Virus record (IMG/VR): IMGVR_UViG_3300028840_001395
Location: 248,001 to 312,000 of that record
DNA: 64,000 bases
Reading direction: 5' to 3' (one strand)
In this document: in pieces, positions 46,229-55,363 of the stretch
Layout of the letters: every line of letters begins with the position of its first letter
Numbering within the stretch: the stretch's first letter is position 1
Made by a program: the position numbers and the translations under genes
Notes under the pieces: model-generated
Seen by the model: the letters and a program-made list of their open reading frames with translations, nothing else
Told to the model about the DNA's origin: nothing
Database searches by the model: none

Positions 46229-46506
46229 CCCAACTCATCGACCGTGACTCGGCCTACGACCGCGTGGAAGCCGATATCGCCAAGCTCGAACCGTCAAGCT
46301 GCCCGGACACCCGCATCACACGCACCCAGATGGACAACACCCTGGCGCTCAAGGAGGGCCTGGATATCAACCCCGACCGGGAGTTCACCTGGGGCTGGTG
46401 CGTGACCGTGGGCCGCTCCTACGAGGTCAAGCGGTTCTTCTACGGCAACACCATCCGGCAGGCCGTCGCACGGGCGCTCAAGGCCGTCGAGGAGGATGCA
46501 GCATGA
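46225..46506 (+). CDS. Hypothetical early protein
   Basis: MTQLIDRD start, ATGA overlap. Confidence 0.6.
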   Translation: MTQLIDRDSAYDRVEADIAKLEPSSCPDTRITRTQMDNTLALKEGLDINPDREFTWGWCVTVGRSYEVKRFFYGNTIRQAVARALKAVEEDAA

Positions 46507-47090
46507 GTCTGCTCAAGATGAACGCCGAAGAAGCCATCGCCACCCTGGTCGAGACAGCCCTGGAACGCGGCTCGGGCAAGGATGGGCGTGGGCTGCACAT
46601 CCGACTCGACTGCCGGATGTCCAACTACAACTGCTACCGCGAGGTCGGCACCGGCAAGCTGGTCGAGTGCGACTCCGGCGACGGCCCCTCGGAGGAAGTC
46701 CGCGAGCAGGTCGATGAGTGGCCCATCGAGGCGTCCCTCAACCTCCACATGCTGTTCTTCCGGCCCACCAACTACACCCAGGTGTACTCGTGCATCACCG
46801 ACTCCTGGGACATCCCCGACCCCGACGAGTGGGTACTCCAGAGCGACCACGACTCCTGCTGGCGCACGGACGGGATGCACGACATGCCCATCGTTGCCAT
46901 GAAGCTCCACAAGGCCGTGGCCCGCGAGGGCATCGACAATTTCCGCGACCTCAGTGAGCACTGCTGGCCCCACCCCACCCGCGTTACCATCGAGGTCAAG
47001 AAGGGGCCGGAACAGTTCGGGCCGAAGCGGTGGGAGGTCGTGAAGGTCGAGCGGGGCTGGCCGGACGGCACCGAGGCCCGCCCGATGTAG
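46503..47090 (+). CDS. Hypothetical early protein
   Basis: MSLLKMNA start, ATGA overlap. Confidence 0.6.
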   Translation: MSLLKMNAEEAIATLVETALERGSGKDGRGLHIRLDCRMSNYNCYREVGTGKLVECDSGDGPSEEVREQVDEWPIEASLNLHMLFFRPTNYTQVYSCITDSWDIPDPDEWVLQSDHDSCWRTDGMHDMPIVAMKLHKAVAREGIDNFRDLSEHCWPHPTRVTIEVKKGPEQFGPKRWEVVKVERGWPDGTEARPM

Positions 47091-47408
47091 TCACGGGTCT
47101 TGGTGATACCGGGGCTTGGCGCACTTCTTCTCTAGCTCCTCGCACTTCTCGATGGTCACGACACAGGAGGGGGCCAGGGCGAAGCCGTCCTTCTGCGTCT
47201 GGATGCAGAACTCCTCGCAGGTCGTCCCGTCCATCAAGGGCATCCCCTCCGGGCAGCCCAGCGCCCGAAGGTGGTCACAGGCAGCCCCGCACTGGTCAGT
47301 GTCATCCGGCTCGATGACGATGGGCGGAGGCTTGACCTGGCAGTGACTCCCCAAGAGGAGAGGCGACATCACCAGCAGGGCCAGCAGAATCTTGAATGCG
47401 CGCATCAC
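47091..47408 (-). CDS. Cys-rich predicted lipoprotein
   Basis: Signal peptide LLLGSHC; 8 further Cys. Confidence 0.6.
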   Translation of the reverse strand: MMRAFKILLALLVMSPLLLGSHCQVKPPPIVIEPDDTDQCGAACDHLRALGCPEGMPLMDGTTCEEFCIQTQKDGFALAPSCVVTIEKCEELEKKCAKPRYHQDP

Positions 47409-48244
47409 TCGGCTCCCTTGCTTCGCACGAACGGCTCCCAGCCGCCGACCATCACCCAGAAGTCGTGAACGTGGTCGTCACTGGCGATGTAGTCGGGGTC
47501 CATGAAGTAGAAGCCGTCATGGCCCCAGGACGACCCCCAGGAGTTCTCCCCGATGAACTGCCCGTCCTTCCAGCCCAGAATCACGGTGGCGTGCCAGCCC
47601 GTGATGTCCTTGGGGGGCCGGAGCGGCTCCTCGTGGCCCTTGATGAAGCCCCGGTAGGTGTTCCAGTTGCGGCCCACCGCTGCGCCGAACACCACCGGGC
47701 ACCCTGCAGCCAGAGCGAGGATGACGCTCTCCACCCGGTCGGCCCCGCGCGCCCGGATGGTATAGAAGGAGTCGATCTTGTGGACGAACGCCTTCCGCAT
47801 CGCCATCCACGATGGGGGCGTGTACACCTTGGCCAGGTCGAAGGGCCAGTCCTCCTCGGTGCAGACCCCGTAGCGCCGAAGGACATCACACGCCAGTCGG
47901 ATGAAGGTGCCGCCGTCGTCGTTGGTCTGGGGCGGGAACATCAGGTTGCGGGCCAGGTAGTAGACCGCCAGGCGCGACAGATCCACATGGGCGTTCGGGC
48001 CGTGCTTGAGAATGCGCTGGATCTCCAACGCCTTGACCGTAGCTTGGGCGACACAGGAGGACGAGTGCCGCTGGTTGTGCCGGGGCGACGTGAACGGTCG
48101 GAGGTCGATGTCCACATCCGTCACGATGCTCGCAGCCTTCATCTTGGGCCGGAGCTTGTCCTCGAAACCCCAGAAATCAGGGGAGTCTTCTTCGGGCAAG
48201 AAGCCGCTGCCACTGATCGGATAGTCGTTGTCAGCCATCTTCAT
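47405..48244 (-). CDS. Papain-like cysteine peptidase (C1)
   Basis: NQRHSSSCVAQA (Q/C), GWHATVILG (H), ENSWGSSWG.DG (N). Confidence 0.88.
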   Translation of the reverse strand: MKMADNDYPISGSGFLPEEDSPDFWGFEDKLRPKMKAASIVTDVDIDLRPFTSPRHNQRHSSSCVAQATVKALEIQRILKHGPNAHVDLSRLAVYYLARNLMFPPQTNDDGGTFIRLACDVLRRYGVCTEEDWPFDLAKVYTPPSWMAMRKAFVHKIDSFYTIRARGADRVESVILALAAGCPVVFGAAVGRNWNTYRGFIKGHEEPLRPPKDITGWHATVILGWKDGQFIGENSWGSSWGHDGFYFMDPDYIASDDHVHDFWVMVGGWEPFVRSKGAE

Positions 48245-48280
48245 CCCTCCTCACAAGAACAGGAGGGAAAGGCTAACTAT

Positions 48281-48859
48281 TCAAGGCATGGGGGCCTCGG
48301 GATACTCGAAGGTCACGAAACACAGGGCAACGAAGCAGGTGCCGAAGTCCTCGTCCACGACCATCTCACGGACGGAGGTCTTGAAGCTCGGCTCCAGGCG
48401 ATACTCGGGCTGGTGTCCGTAGCGGCGCTCGAAGATGCCCCGAAGGTCGGCTTCGAGAATCTTGCTGGCCTTCTCAATGGAAGCGTGACCCTCGTACTCG
48501 GCAGCAAAGCCGCCGATGGTCTTCCAGGAGCCGTCCCCCTGCTTCTTCTTGACCCAGCAGCGGCCTACCCCGGCGCAGAGGTGGTCGCCCTGGACGCCAT
48601 CGATCTGGGCCTTGATCGTCTCCAGCACAGCCCCATGATGGAACAGGGCTTCGCGCTTGGCCTCCTCGATGCTGATCTCTTCCGACTCGGGCGGCAGGAC
48701 GCTGGTGTACATCATCACGTTGAAGTTCTCGATGCCCGCGTCGAGCAGCGCGATGTCGTAGCACGAAGTCTCGTAGTGGTCAGAACCAGTGTCCGCCGAG
48801 GACTGGCCCACACCCGAGGTCACGAAGTACTTGCAAGGAATCCGACAACCTGTAGCCAT
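48281..48859 (-). CDS. pdaD: Pyruvoyl-dependent arginine decarboxylase
   Basis: P..YF.TSG.G.S...YD.ALL.AGIENFN...YT/SVLPP self-cleavage site; FAAEY; FVALCF. Confidence 0.85.
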   Translation of the reverse strand: MATGCRIPCKYFVTSGVGQSSADTGSDHYETSCYDIALLDAGIENFNVMMYTSVLPPESEEISIEEAKREALFHHGAVLETIKAQIDGVQGDHLCAGVGRCWVKKKQGDGSWKTIGGFAAEYEGHASIEKASKILEADLRGIFERRYGHQPEYRLEPSFKTSVREMVVDEDFGTCFVALCFVTFEYPEAPMP

Positions 48860-48903
48860 CTTGGCCTCCCTTCAGTTCAGCCTGACCAATGATATCCGTG
48901 GCA

Positions 48904-50909
48904 TCAGATTTCTGGTTTCCGACCCACCACGAAAGGCTCCCACGCGGGCTTCAGGGCCGTTCCATAGCCCTCGTAGCGTTGAGCCTCCTCGCTGACAGGC
49001 ACCTCGCCGTCCTTCTCATGAAAGCCCTTCTCTTCAGCCTCTCTCATCCAGGGACGATCCCCCCCTTCTATGCCATGCCCACTGTTGATGCTCTTGGGGT
49101 TGCGAACATCCTTCGCCGGAATACGAATCTTTTCCCGCACAGCTCCGGCCTTCTTGTCCAAAGCCTTGGAGATGTTCAAGGACTTCGGGAATCCCGAGTT
49201 TCCCGTGATGAAAATCTGATCCTTGCGTCGGGCCAGGAAGGCTCCCGTGGGAACACGGACACACCAGACAGGCCCCTCGTAGTGCTCTGTCACAGCGGCC
49301 TTGAGATGTCGGGCCTGAAGCTGGGTCATCGGGTTCATGTGCAGCCCAACAACGGCCTTCCTGAAGTTGATGCGACCCTGCCGATTCATCAGGTGCGCCA
49401 ACGTCTGGAACCACACGAGGTCTTCAGGATCCTTCTGATAGAATGCCCACCGACCCCGATCACAAGCTCCGTCACCTTTGAGAACGGCATCCACGAAAGC
49501 GTGCTTCTCTTCACGGGTCATCTGCCACAAGAGGTGCCAGGAAGGACGCTTCCCAGGGAGCATCTCTCGGACGTGAAGTGCCATAGGCCCCGTGAAGAAC
49601 CAGGTGTGCTCGATGTAGTCCCTGTCCTTGTAGGTACGCTCCCGCTCGTAGTGTCGATACTCGGGAATAAGCTCCTCGACCAAGGAGTAGATTTCCTGAA
49701 CGTGCTCCATGTTCACAGACGACTGGTAGATGCGAACGCCCGTGCCGTTCTGGTCGAATCCACCCTCTGTCCAGACCCAGCCCAAGAGTGCCGCCAGCTT
49801 GGTGCCTCCGATGCCAGAGCCGTCATGAACTCCAGCGAGAGGAAGTCTCAGGTTGTTCCAGCGGTCGATCTGACCAGCTTCCTCGACGTTCCACTCCGGC
49901 TCATCCCACGCCTGCCGGACACCATCGATCATCTTCCGAATGCGGTGCTTCTTGTACACCCGATGGTTGGGGGTGAGAAGCTGGTCGGTGTTGTCATTCC
50001 TGAAACAGATGAGGTCACCCTCGAAAGGAGCCTGGATGACTTCCTCGACCGGCTCCAGACGGATATCATCCGTCTTGCTGTCCCAGCAGGCGACCTTCTC
50101 GCCCACCTGGACTTCCAACCCCGACTTCCATCCTGTCTCGGTCAGGATCTCGGAATCGTCGGGGAGACAGCCGTACATCCAGGCTTCAAGGTCGAGGTCA
50201 ACGAATCCGACCTGCTCCATTGCCGCAGCCATCCGGTGGAACGTCCGGGTCGCCCCGAACACCTTGATGACACCTCCCGGTTTGAGAACGCGGAACACCT
50301 CCTCCAGCCACTGCCGATGCCACTCCTGCATCGCCCTCGTCTGCTCCAGGCGCGTGTTGGGGAAGGAGGGATTGTCACAGCGACACCGCTTGAAGCCCTT
50401 ACGGTCGTTGCCCCGCTTGCTGCCCCCACAGTTCTCGCAGATGGGATTCTGATCGCCTGTAAAGGACGGGAGGGGGCTGTCACTGAATCGCTCCGACCCA
50501 CCCGTCGTGAAGGACGCCCCGCCTGTGGCGACCTTCTTCCCTCGACGTTTGCCGACCGGCTTCCAGTGGTCATGAGGCTGCTCGCAGGTACACTTCTTGG
50601 CCCCCCGCAGACGGCCACCGCACTCGGCACAGGTGGGGTTCATCCCACCGTGCGGCAAGCTGCCCCCATGCGAAGGCCACGGGATGTTCCGGTCACCGAT
50701 GCCCACCTTGGACATCCCCGCCCCGGTCGCCCAGAGTCGATCCCAGTCCTTGCCCATGAATTCAAGTCCGTGGTATGCTAACCGTAGGGCGGGTCACAGA
50801 CGACTGCCCCGATGGACTCTTCATCCATCACCTGGAGAAGCTCGAAGCTGTCTCCAAGTCGGAGGGTGATCGTCTGGCCTGCCCTACGGCAGCCAGTCTC
50901 CTTTGTCAT
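48904..50909 (-). CDS. Catalytic (DPPY) subunit of a split beta-class DNA methyltransferase; interrupted by a 14-nt coding gap and an intein
   Basis: uORF 50909..50778 MTKE...GDS...VVCDPPYG*; second frame GLEFMGKDWD...RVLKPGG..FGATRTFHR..YG|SGFPKS...GTALKPAWEPFVVGRKPEI*; no motif I. Confidence 0.75.
49198..50169 (-). mobile_element. Intein with LAGLIDADG endonuclease in the MTase subunit (324 aa)
   Basis: YG|CLPDDSEILTETGWK ... TPNHRV ... LLGWVWTEGG, AVLKGDG ... FITGN|S. Confidence 0.9.
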
Positions 50910-50921
50910 GTGAGTTACTCC

Positions 50922-52025
50922 TTACCACAAGTCCAGCACATCGACTTCTGGCTCGGGCTCGGGGATGACGAGATCATCCAAGGGACTCTCCAATCTCCTC
51001 ATGATGACGCAGTTATTCTCCATCGTGGTGGTCTTCTCGCCATCCTTCATCGCCCTGGAAATCTTCGACACCAACTCATCCTCGAAGGAGTTGGTGACCA
51101 TTCGCTCGACATGCAAGATACCTTGGGCGGCCTCTACGACCATATCACTGAGCTTCTTGTCACGTTGAACAGGGCCAACCTCGAAGATGATGCGGCCTGT
51201 GGGTTTCACCACGCGGGCTAGCTCCGTCAGACAGTCCTTCAAGAACTGCAGGTATTTCTTGGCATCCCGGATGAACGTGCTGGGCTCCTCGGCCTTCAAG
51301 AACCACAAGCGCAGCCAGTTCTGGTCCGCGTAGTCTATCACGTCGAGAAATGGCGGCGATGTCACCACCATGTCCACAGAGTCATCGGGGAGGGGCAGTC
51401 TACGGGCATCCCCCTCCTGGATTTTTCCATCGCCCTTATGTCCCTCAACCGGAATGAACTTCACGGCTGCCTGCCGCAGGATGTATTTCACGTTACGGAA
51501 CTCGGGCTCCGTCTTGTGCTTGGCCATCGCGGTCAGCAGACTTTTCGCCCGTACCGAGAACACGTTGTAAGTTTCGGTGGAGAAAAATCCCGCAGAATGT
51601 CCATGTAGACGCCCCATCGCCAGAGCCGTCAAGGTCGGAGAACGATCCGCCTCCCGTAGATGATAGACCTGGGGCCAGGTATCAGGATGGTAAAAGGGCT
51701 CGACCTCCGGAGGAGGGGGTGGAGCCTCCCCCTCCAGGTTCAGAGCCTCTATCTCTTCCATGACCTTGGGTTGGGTGTCACAGTTGAGCTTGACGCGGGA
51801 CAGGGCGAGCGCCACAGGGTTCACGTCCGTCCCGTAGAAGGTCTTCCCCCGTATAGTCGCCTCCAGTGCAACCGTTCCCCGGCCCACGAAGGGGTCGAGT
51901 ACGGTCTGAGCCTCGGGCACTAAGTCGAGGAAAAATCCAGGAAGTTGAGGAGGGAAGCACCCCTGATAGGAGCACACTTGGTGGAGTTTGTGCCCTCGTT
52001 TCGGCTTGGTAGGCCAGAGAGTCAT
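50922..52025 (-). CDS. Alpha-arrangement amino-DNA methyltransferase
   Basis: YQGCFPP, VLDPFVGRGT (motif I) preceding VVTSPPF (motif IV), RVVKPTG. Confidence 0.85.
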   Translation of the reverse strand: MTLWPTKPKRGHKLHQVCSYQGCFPPQLPGFFLDLVPEAQTVLDPFVGRGTVALEATIRGKTFYGTDVNPVALALSRVKLNCDTQPKVMEEIEALNLEGEAPPPPPEVEPFYHPDTWPQVYHLREADRSPTLTALAMGRLHGHSAGFFSTETYNVFSVRAKSLLTAMAKHKTEPEFRNVKYILRQAAVKFIPVEGHKGDGKIQEGDARRLPLPDDSVDMVVTSPPFLDVIDYADQNWLRLWFLKAEEPSTFIRDAKKYLQFLKDCLTELARVVKPTGRIIFEVGPVQRDKKLSDMVVEAAQGILHVERMVTNSFEDELVSKISRAMKDGEKTTTMENNCVIMRRLESPLDDLVIPEPEPEVDVLDLW

Positions 52026-52027
52026 GG

Positions 52028-52246
52028 CTATCTGGTAACTGGGAGGTCAACGGTCTTGACATCTCCCGTCAGGGACACCTGAAGATCTCCTTCGTGGTTC
52101 TCAATGAGGACGGACGATTCCTCGTCCCCCACCTTTCCCAGAGAGATATGGTCATGACCCACATGCACGATTACCTGGAGCTTCTCTTCGGACTCCCCTT
52201 CGATATCAGGAAGCCCCGCGACTACGGTGACATCAGACATATTCAC
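52028..52246 (-). CDS. Small acidic hypothetical protein
   Basis: GGAGG RBS, 72 aa. Confidence 0.5.
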   Translation of the reverse strand: MNMSDVTVVAGLPDIEGESEEKLQVIVHVGHDHISLGKVGDEESSVLIENHEGDLQVSLTGDVKTVDLPVTR

Positions 52247-52261
52247 TGCCTCCTTCTCCCT

Positions 52262-52852
52262 CTAACCAAGCAATTCGTCCAAGAAATTCTCCAACGAGTC
52301 CTCATTATCCCGCGAGCGGGATGGGCGATAGGGGTTCCCGTCCCTGTCATGGCCCCTGTCCACCCGAGGCTGGAGATACATGTGCTTGCACTGACCCTTT
52401 TTTGGTCCTTTGTAGAACTTCACCATCCGGATCCCGGCCTTGTGCTGAGCGACCTTGCGCCATTTCGTCCTGCCCTTGGTAGGCAGGCTCCAGAACCCGA
52501 TGAGGTTCCCCGACGCATCGCGGAGCTTCCGGATTTTCAACGCCAACCGCTTCATCTGGTAGTACGGGATAGGCGAAGGCTCCGGGAAATGACGATAACA
52601 CTTCCCCGCATCGGGACCAGTCTCGATACCCTCCAAGTAAGAAACCCCCGTGGCCTCGACATGAACATGCCGGATCAGAAACTCGAAGGGATTGCACAAC
52701 CGCCCGCACTCAACACATCGGCGGTACAATTCCTTCACGTCGCCGCCCTTGGGGCCTATCACATTTTTTCGGGAGGCCACAAGGTCCAGAAAGATGACCT
52801 TGCCATCTTCCACCTCTACGGGGAAACTACGCCAAAAGCCAGAACGTCCCAT
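52262..52852 (-). CDS. Hypothetical basic protein with acidic C-tail
   Basis: GGAGG RBS; CVEC; SLENFLDELLG tail. Confidence 0.5.
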   Translation of the reverse strand: MGRSGFWRSFPVEVEDGKVIFLDLVASRKNVIGPKGGDVKELYRRCVECGRLCNPFEFLIRHVHVEATGVSYLEGIETGPDAGKCYRHFPEPSPIPYYQMKRLALKIRKLRDASGNLIGFWSLPTKGRTKWRKVAQHKAGIRMVKFYKGPKKGQCKHMYLQPRVDRGHDRDGNPYRPSRSRDNEDSLENFLDELLG

Positions 52853-52884
52853 ATCCAACCTCCGGCTATACTACCCCATCTGCC

Positions 52885-54327
52885 TCAATCATCATCCCCC
52901 CAGCCGAACATCGAGTCGAGAGACTCCATCTCGGGCTTCTCCACCGTCCGGTCCGAGACGATCTCCGGGCTGTCGCCCACGATGCCACCTCGGGCCTCGC
53001 GCTCCCAGTGCCGGACCCTGGAATCTGCGATCTCCAGATACTCCTCCTCGCGCTCGATGCCGATGAAGTCGTGGCCAGTGAACACGCACGCCAGGGCCGT
53101 CGTCCCGCTGCCCATGAACGGGTCGAGCACTGGCCCCTCGTTGGTCGGGACATCTTCCAAGAGCCGCCGCATCAGGCCGAGAGCTTTCACGGTCGGATGG
53201 AAGTTCTTGACGCGCTCCGCTGTCCGCCCGGCCCCCGCCGCAGGGCATTCCAGTCCATCTGAGCCCTCTTGCCGGTCAAAGCACGCCTCGGCCCCCGTCT
53301 TCCCGGCCAGGTGGTCACAGCCCGCTTCGCGCTCGCTGCGGGCTGCCTTGGCGACATAGTGGAAGCCGTCCGGCTCATCTACCCACAGGATGGAGTCTCG
53401 GATCTCGAAACCGGCGTCCTCGATCATGCAGGCTCCGGTGTGGCCTGTGGGCTCGTCATCGGGAGCGACGAGCATCAGGTGTCCGCCGGGCCGGAGGACA
53501 CGGAGGAACTCCTCGATCTGCTTCTCGGTCGGCTCGCCTTTGACCAGCAGCCCCGTGACGGACTCCTTGGCCCACTCGCCCGTATCGTAGTCGGTGCTGT
53601 CCAGGTCGAGGAACATCGCTCTGGGAGCAGGCTCTGGTGGGGAGATCATCGTCAGCAGGTAGTCGATCATCTCCTGTGGCATCTTACTCATCTCTGCTCC
53701 TTGGACTTGCCGGTAGAACCGGCTCGCGCCGCCCTCATCATCATACCCGACCATCCCACCATGCCGGGTCGTGATGCTCCCCCAGCCGTCGTATCCCTTG
53801 AAGTTGCTCTTGATGTGATGAGGCTTGCAGCCTTCGCGAGGCCCACTCTGATCATCCAGCACGACAATGAGGCACTCGGGATGACACTCCCAGGCGGGGA
53901 CTTCTTCGAGGCCGTTCTCGTCCGAGTATCCTCGACGGGTCGCCTCGGTTGGACGGAATCGCCATTGGCTCTTATCCGCCCGTCCGGCATCCCCTTCGGG
54001 TCGGGTGTCTACCCGGATGCCCTTGACCTTCTTCGTCCCGACCTGACGACACTCGGGCCGGTGTTGCAGAATCACATTCGGGGGCCAGCGGCCCTTCGAC
54101 CCACACCGCTCCTGGACTTCCTCGGCACTCATCGCGTGGATGCGGAAGGTGCTCTCCCCCTGGTAGCCCTTGGTGCCGTCAGCCCCCGACTTGTACCAGC
54201 CGGGGATGTCATCGGGGTCACGGCCAACCCGGCTGGCATCGATGTTCAGCCCCCCAGCTTCGTGGCGCAGCACGTTGTCTGCGACCGACCCGATCAAGGG
54301 CTTGCGGGCCAGGGCGATGGTCCTCAC
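52885..54327 (-). CDS. MTase cassette 4 fused to a SAM-binding subunit lacking the catalytic DPPY
   Basis: N-part LARKPL...GRWPPNV...GGASRFY; internal AAGGAG plus ATG at 53691; C-part RVLRPGG, IEDAGFEIRD, HPTVK, VLDPFMGSGTT, FIGIE; motif IV reads LVKGEP. Confidence 0.8.
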   Translation of the reverse strand: MRTIALARKPLIGSVADNVLRHEAGGLNIDASRVGRDPDDIPGWYKSGADGTKGYQGESTFRIHAMSAEEVQERCGSKGRWPPNVILQHRPECRQVGTKKVKGIRVDTRPEGDAGRADKSQWRFRPTEATRRGYSDENGLEEVPAWECHPECLIVVLDDQSGPREGCKPHHIKSNFKGYDGWGSITTRHGGMVGYDDEGGASRFYRQVQGAEMSKMPQEMIDYLLTMISPPEPAPRAMFLDLDSTDYDTGEWAKESVTGLLVKGEPTEKQIEEFLRVLRPGGHLMLVAPDDEPTGHTGACMIEDAGFEIRDSILWVDEPDGFHYVAKAARSEREAGCDHLAGKTGAEACFDRQEGSDGLECPAAGAGRTAERVKNFHPTVKALGLMRRLLEDVPTNEGPVLDPFMGSGTTALACVFTGHDFIGIEREEEYLEIADSRVRHWEREARGGIVGDSPEIVSDRTVEKPEMESLDSMFGWGDDD

Positions 54328-54842
54328 GACTCGTCCTGCGTCTGCTTGTAGAAGCGAGATGTGTCGTCCTGGTCATCCAGCGCAGCTACGGGACAACACT
54401 CATCGCACTCCCATGCTTCGACCACCTCAAGTCCATCTGCGTCGGCGTAGTCAGTGCCCTCCCGCTCGACACCGCCCCCATAGGCCCCCGTCCCTCCCAG
54501 GCTGGTCTTGCTGTGATGATGGTTCACGCTGGTCGGGACCCGCTTCTCACCGACGCACACGCACTCGGGACGGTGGTGCAGAATCACGTTCGTCGGCCAG
54601 CGCCCACCTTCATGTTGCTGGCTCCGGTAGTCGTCGCCCTCTGGAGAGGCGTTGAACACCCGGCGCTCTGTGTGCAGGCCGGGGTTGGTCTGACACGTCT
54701 GGTTGCTCGACCCCCACACCCCTGCGCCCTTGGCACCACGGACTCGGCTGGCATCGATGTTCAGTCCGCCCGTCGAATGTCGAAGGACGTTCTCCGCGAC
54801 AGAACCGACGAGGGGCTTCCGGGCCAGGGTAATGACCCTCAT
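54324..54842 (-). CDS. Stand-alone MTase variable cassette 3
   Basis: MRVITLARKPL..SVAENVL...GGLNIDASRV...GRWPTNV.LHH.PEC...WEC..C.CPV..LDDQ...SRFYKQ. Confidence 0.8.
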   Translation of the reverse strand: MRVITLARKPLVGSVAENVLRHSTGGLNIDASRVRGAKGAGVWGSSNQTCQTNPGLHTERRVFNASPEGDDYRSQQHEGGRWPTNVILHHRPECVCVGEKRVPTSVNHHHSKTSLGGTGAYGGGVEREGTDYADADGLEVVEAWECDECCPVAALDDQDDTSRFYKQTQDES

Positions 54843-55363
54843 GATCTCTTGACCTGCTTGAAGAAGCGGGAGGCTCCTCCTTCATCAGCAAACCCTCGGA
54901 CGCTCGTATCCCTGACCTCATTTGGATTCCAGGTCATCGAGACACCGGATGTTGGATAGATCGCTCGTCCTGTAGGTTGCCGGACAGTCCCTTTGATCTC
55001 CCCACTCTGGTCATCCAGGGCATCAACGGGGCATCCATCCTCGCACTCCCAGTCGGGAACCTCCTCAAGCTCCGAGTCGCCCAGTTGCGTGACCTTCTTC
55101 GTCCCGACGACCTGGCACGCGGGCTTGTGCTCCAAGATGACGTTCGCCGGGAAGCGACCCACTCGCTGCTCGTTGATTCTGTCGATGGGATAGAAGGAGT
55201 TCTTCGGGCCGTAGTATCGCTCCCCACCACCCTTGATCAGCACGTCCTTGACTCCGATGCGGCAGGCCCCGATGTTCAGCCCACCCGTGCCGTAATTCAA
55301 CACATTCTCGGCTACGCTCCCCCCCTTGGGGAGAGGCTTGCGGGCCAGGGTGATCACTCTCAT
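54839..55363 (-). CDS. Stand-alone MTase variable cassette 2
   Basis: MRVITLARKPL...GRFPANV...WECEDGCPV..LDDQSG...GGASRFFKQV. Confidence 0.8.
   Translation of the reverse strand: MRVITLARKPLPKGGSVAENVLNYGTGGLNIGACRIGVKDVLIKGGGERYYGPKNSFYPIDRINEQRVGRFPANVILEHKPACQVVGTKKVTQLGDSELEEVPDWECEDGCPVDALDDQSGEIKGTVRQPTGRAIYPTSGVSMTWNPNEVRDTSVRGFADEGGASRFFKQVKRS

Noticed and set aside
50778-50780. Genome-wide TAG reassignment (alternative genetic code)
   Set aside because: Read-through would not restore the frame here, and other genes are intact and often end in TAG under code 11
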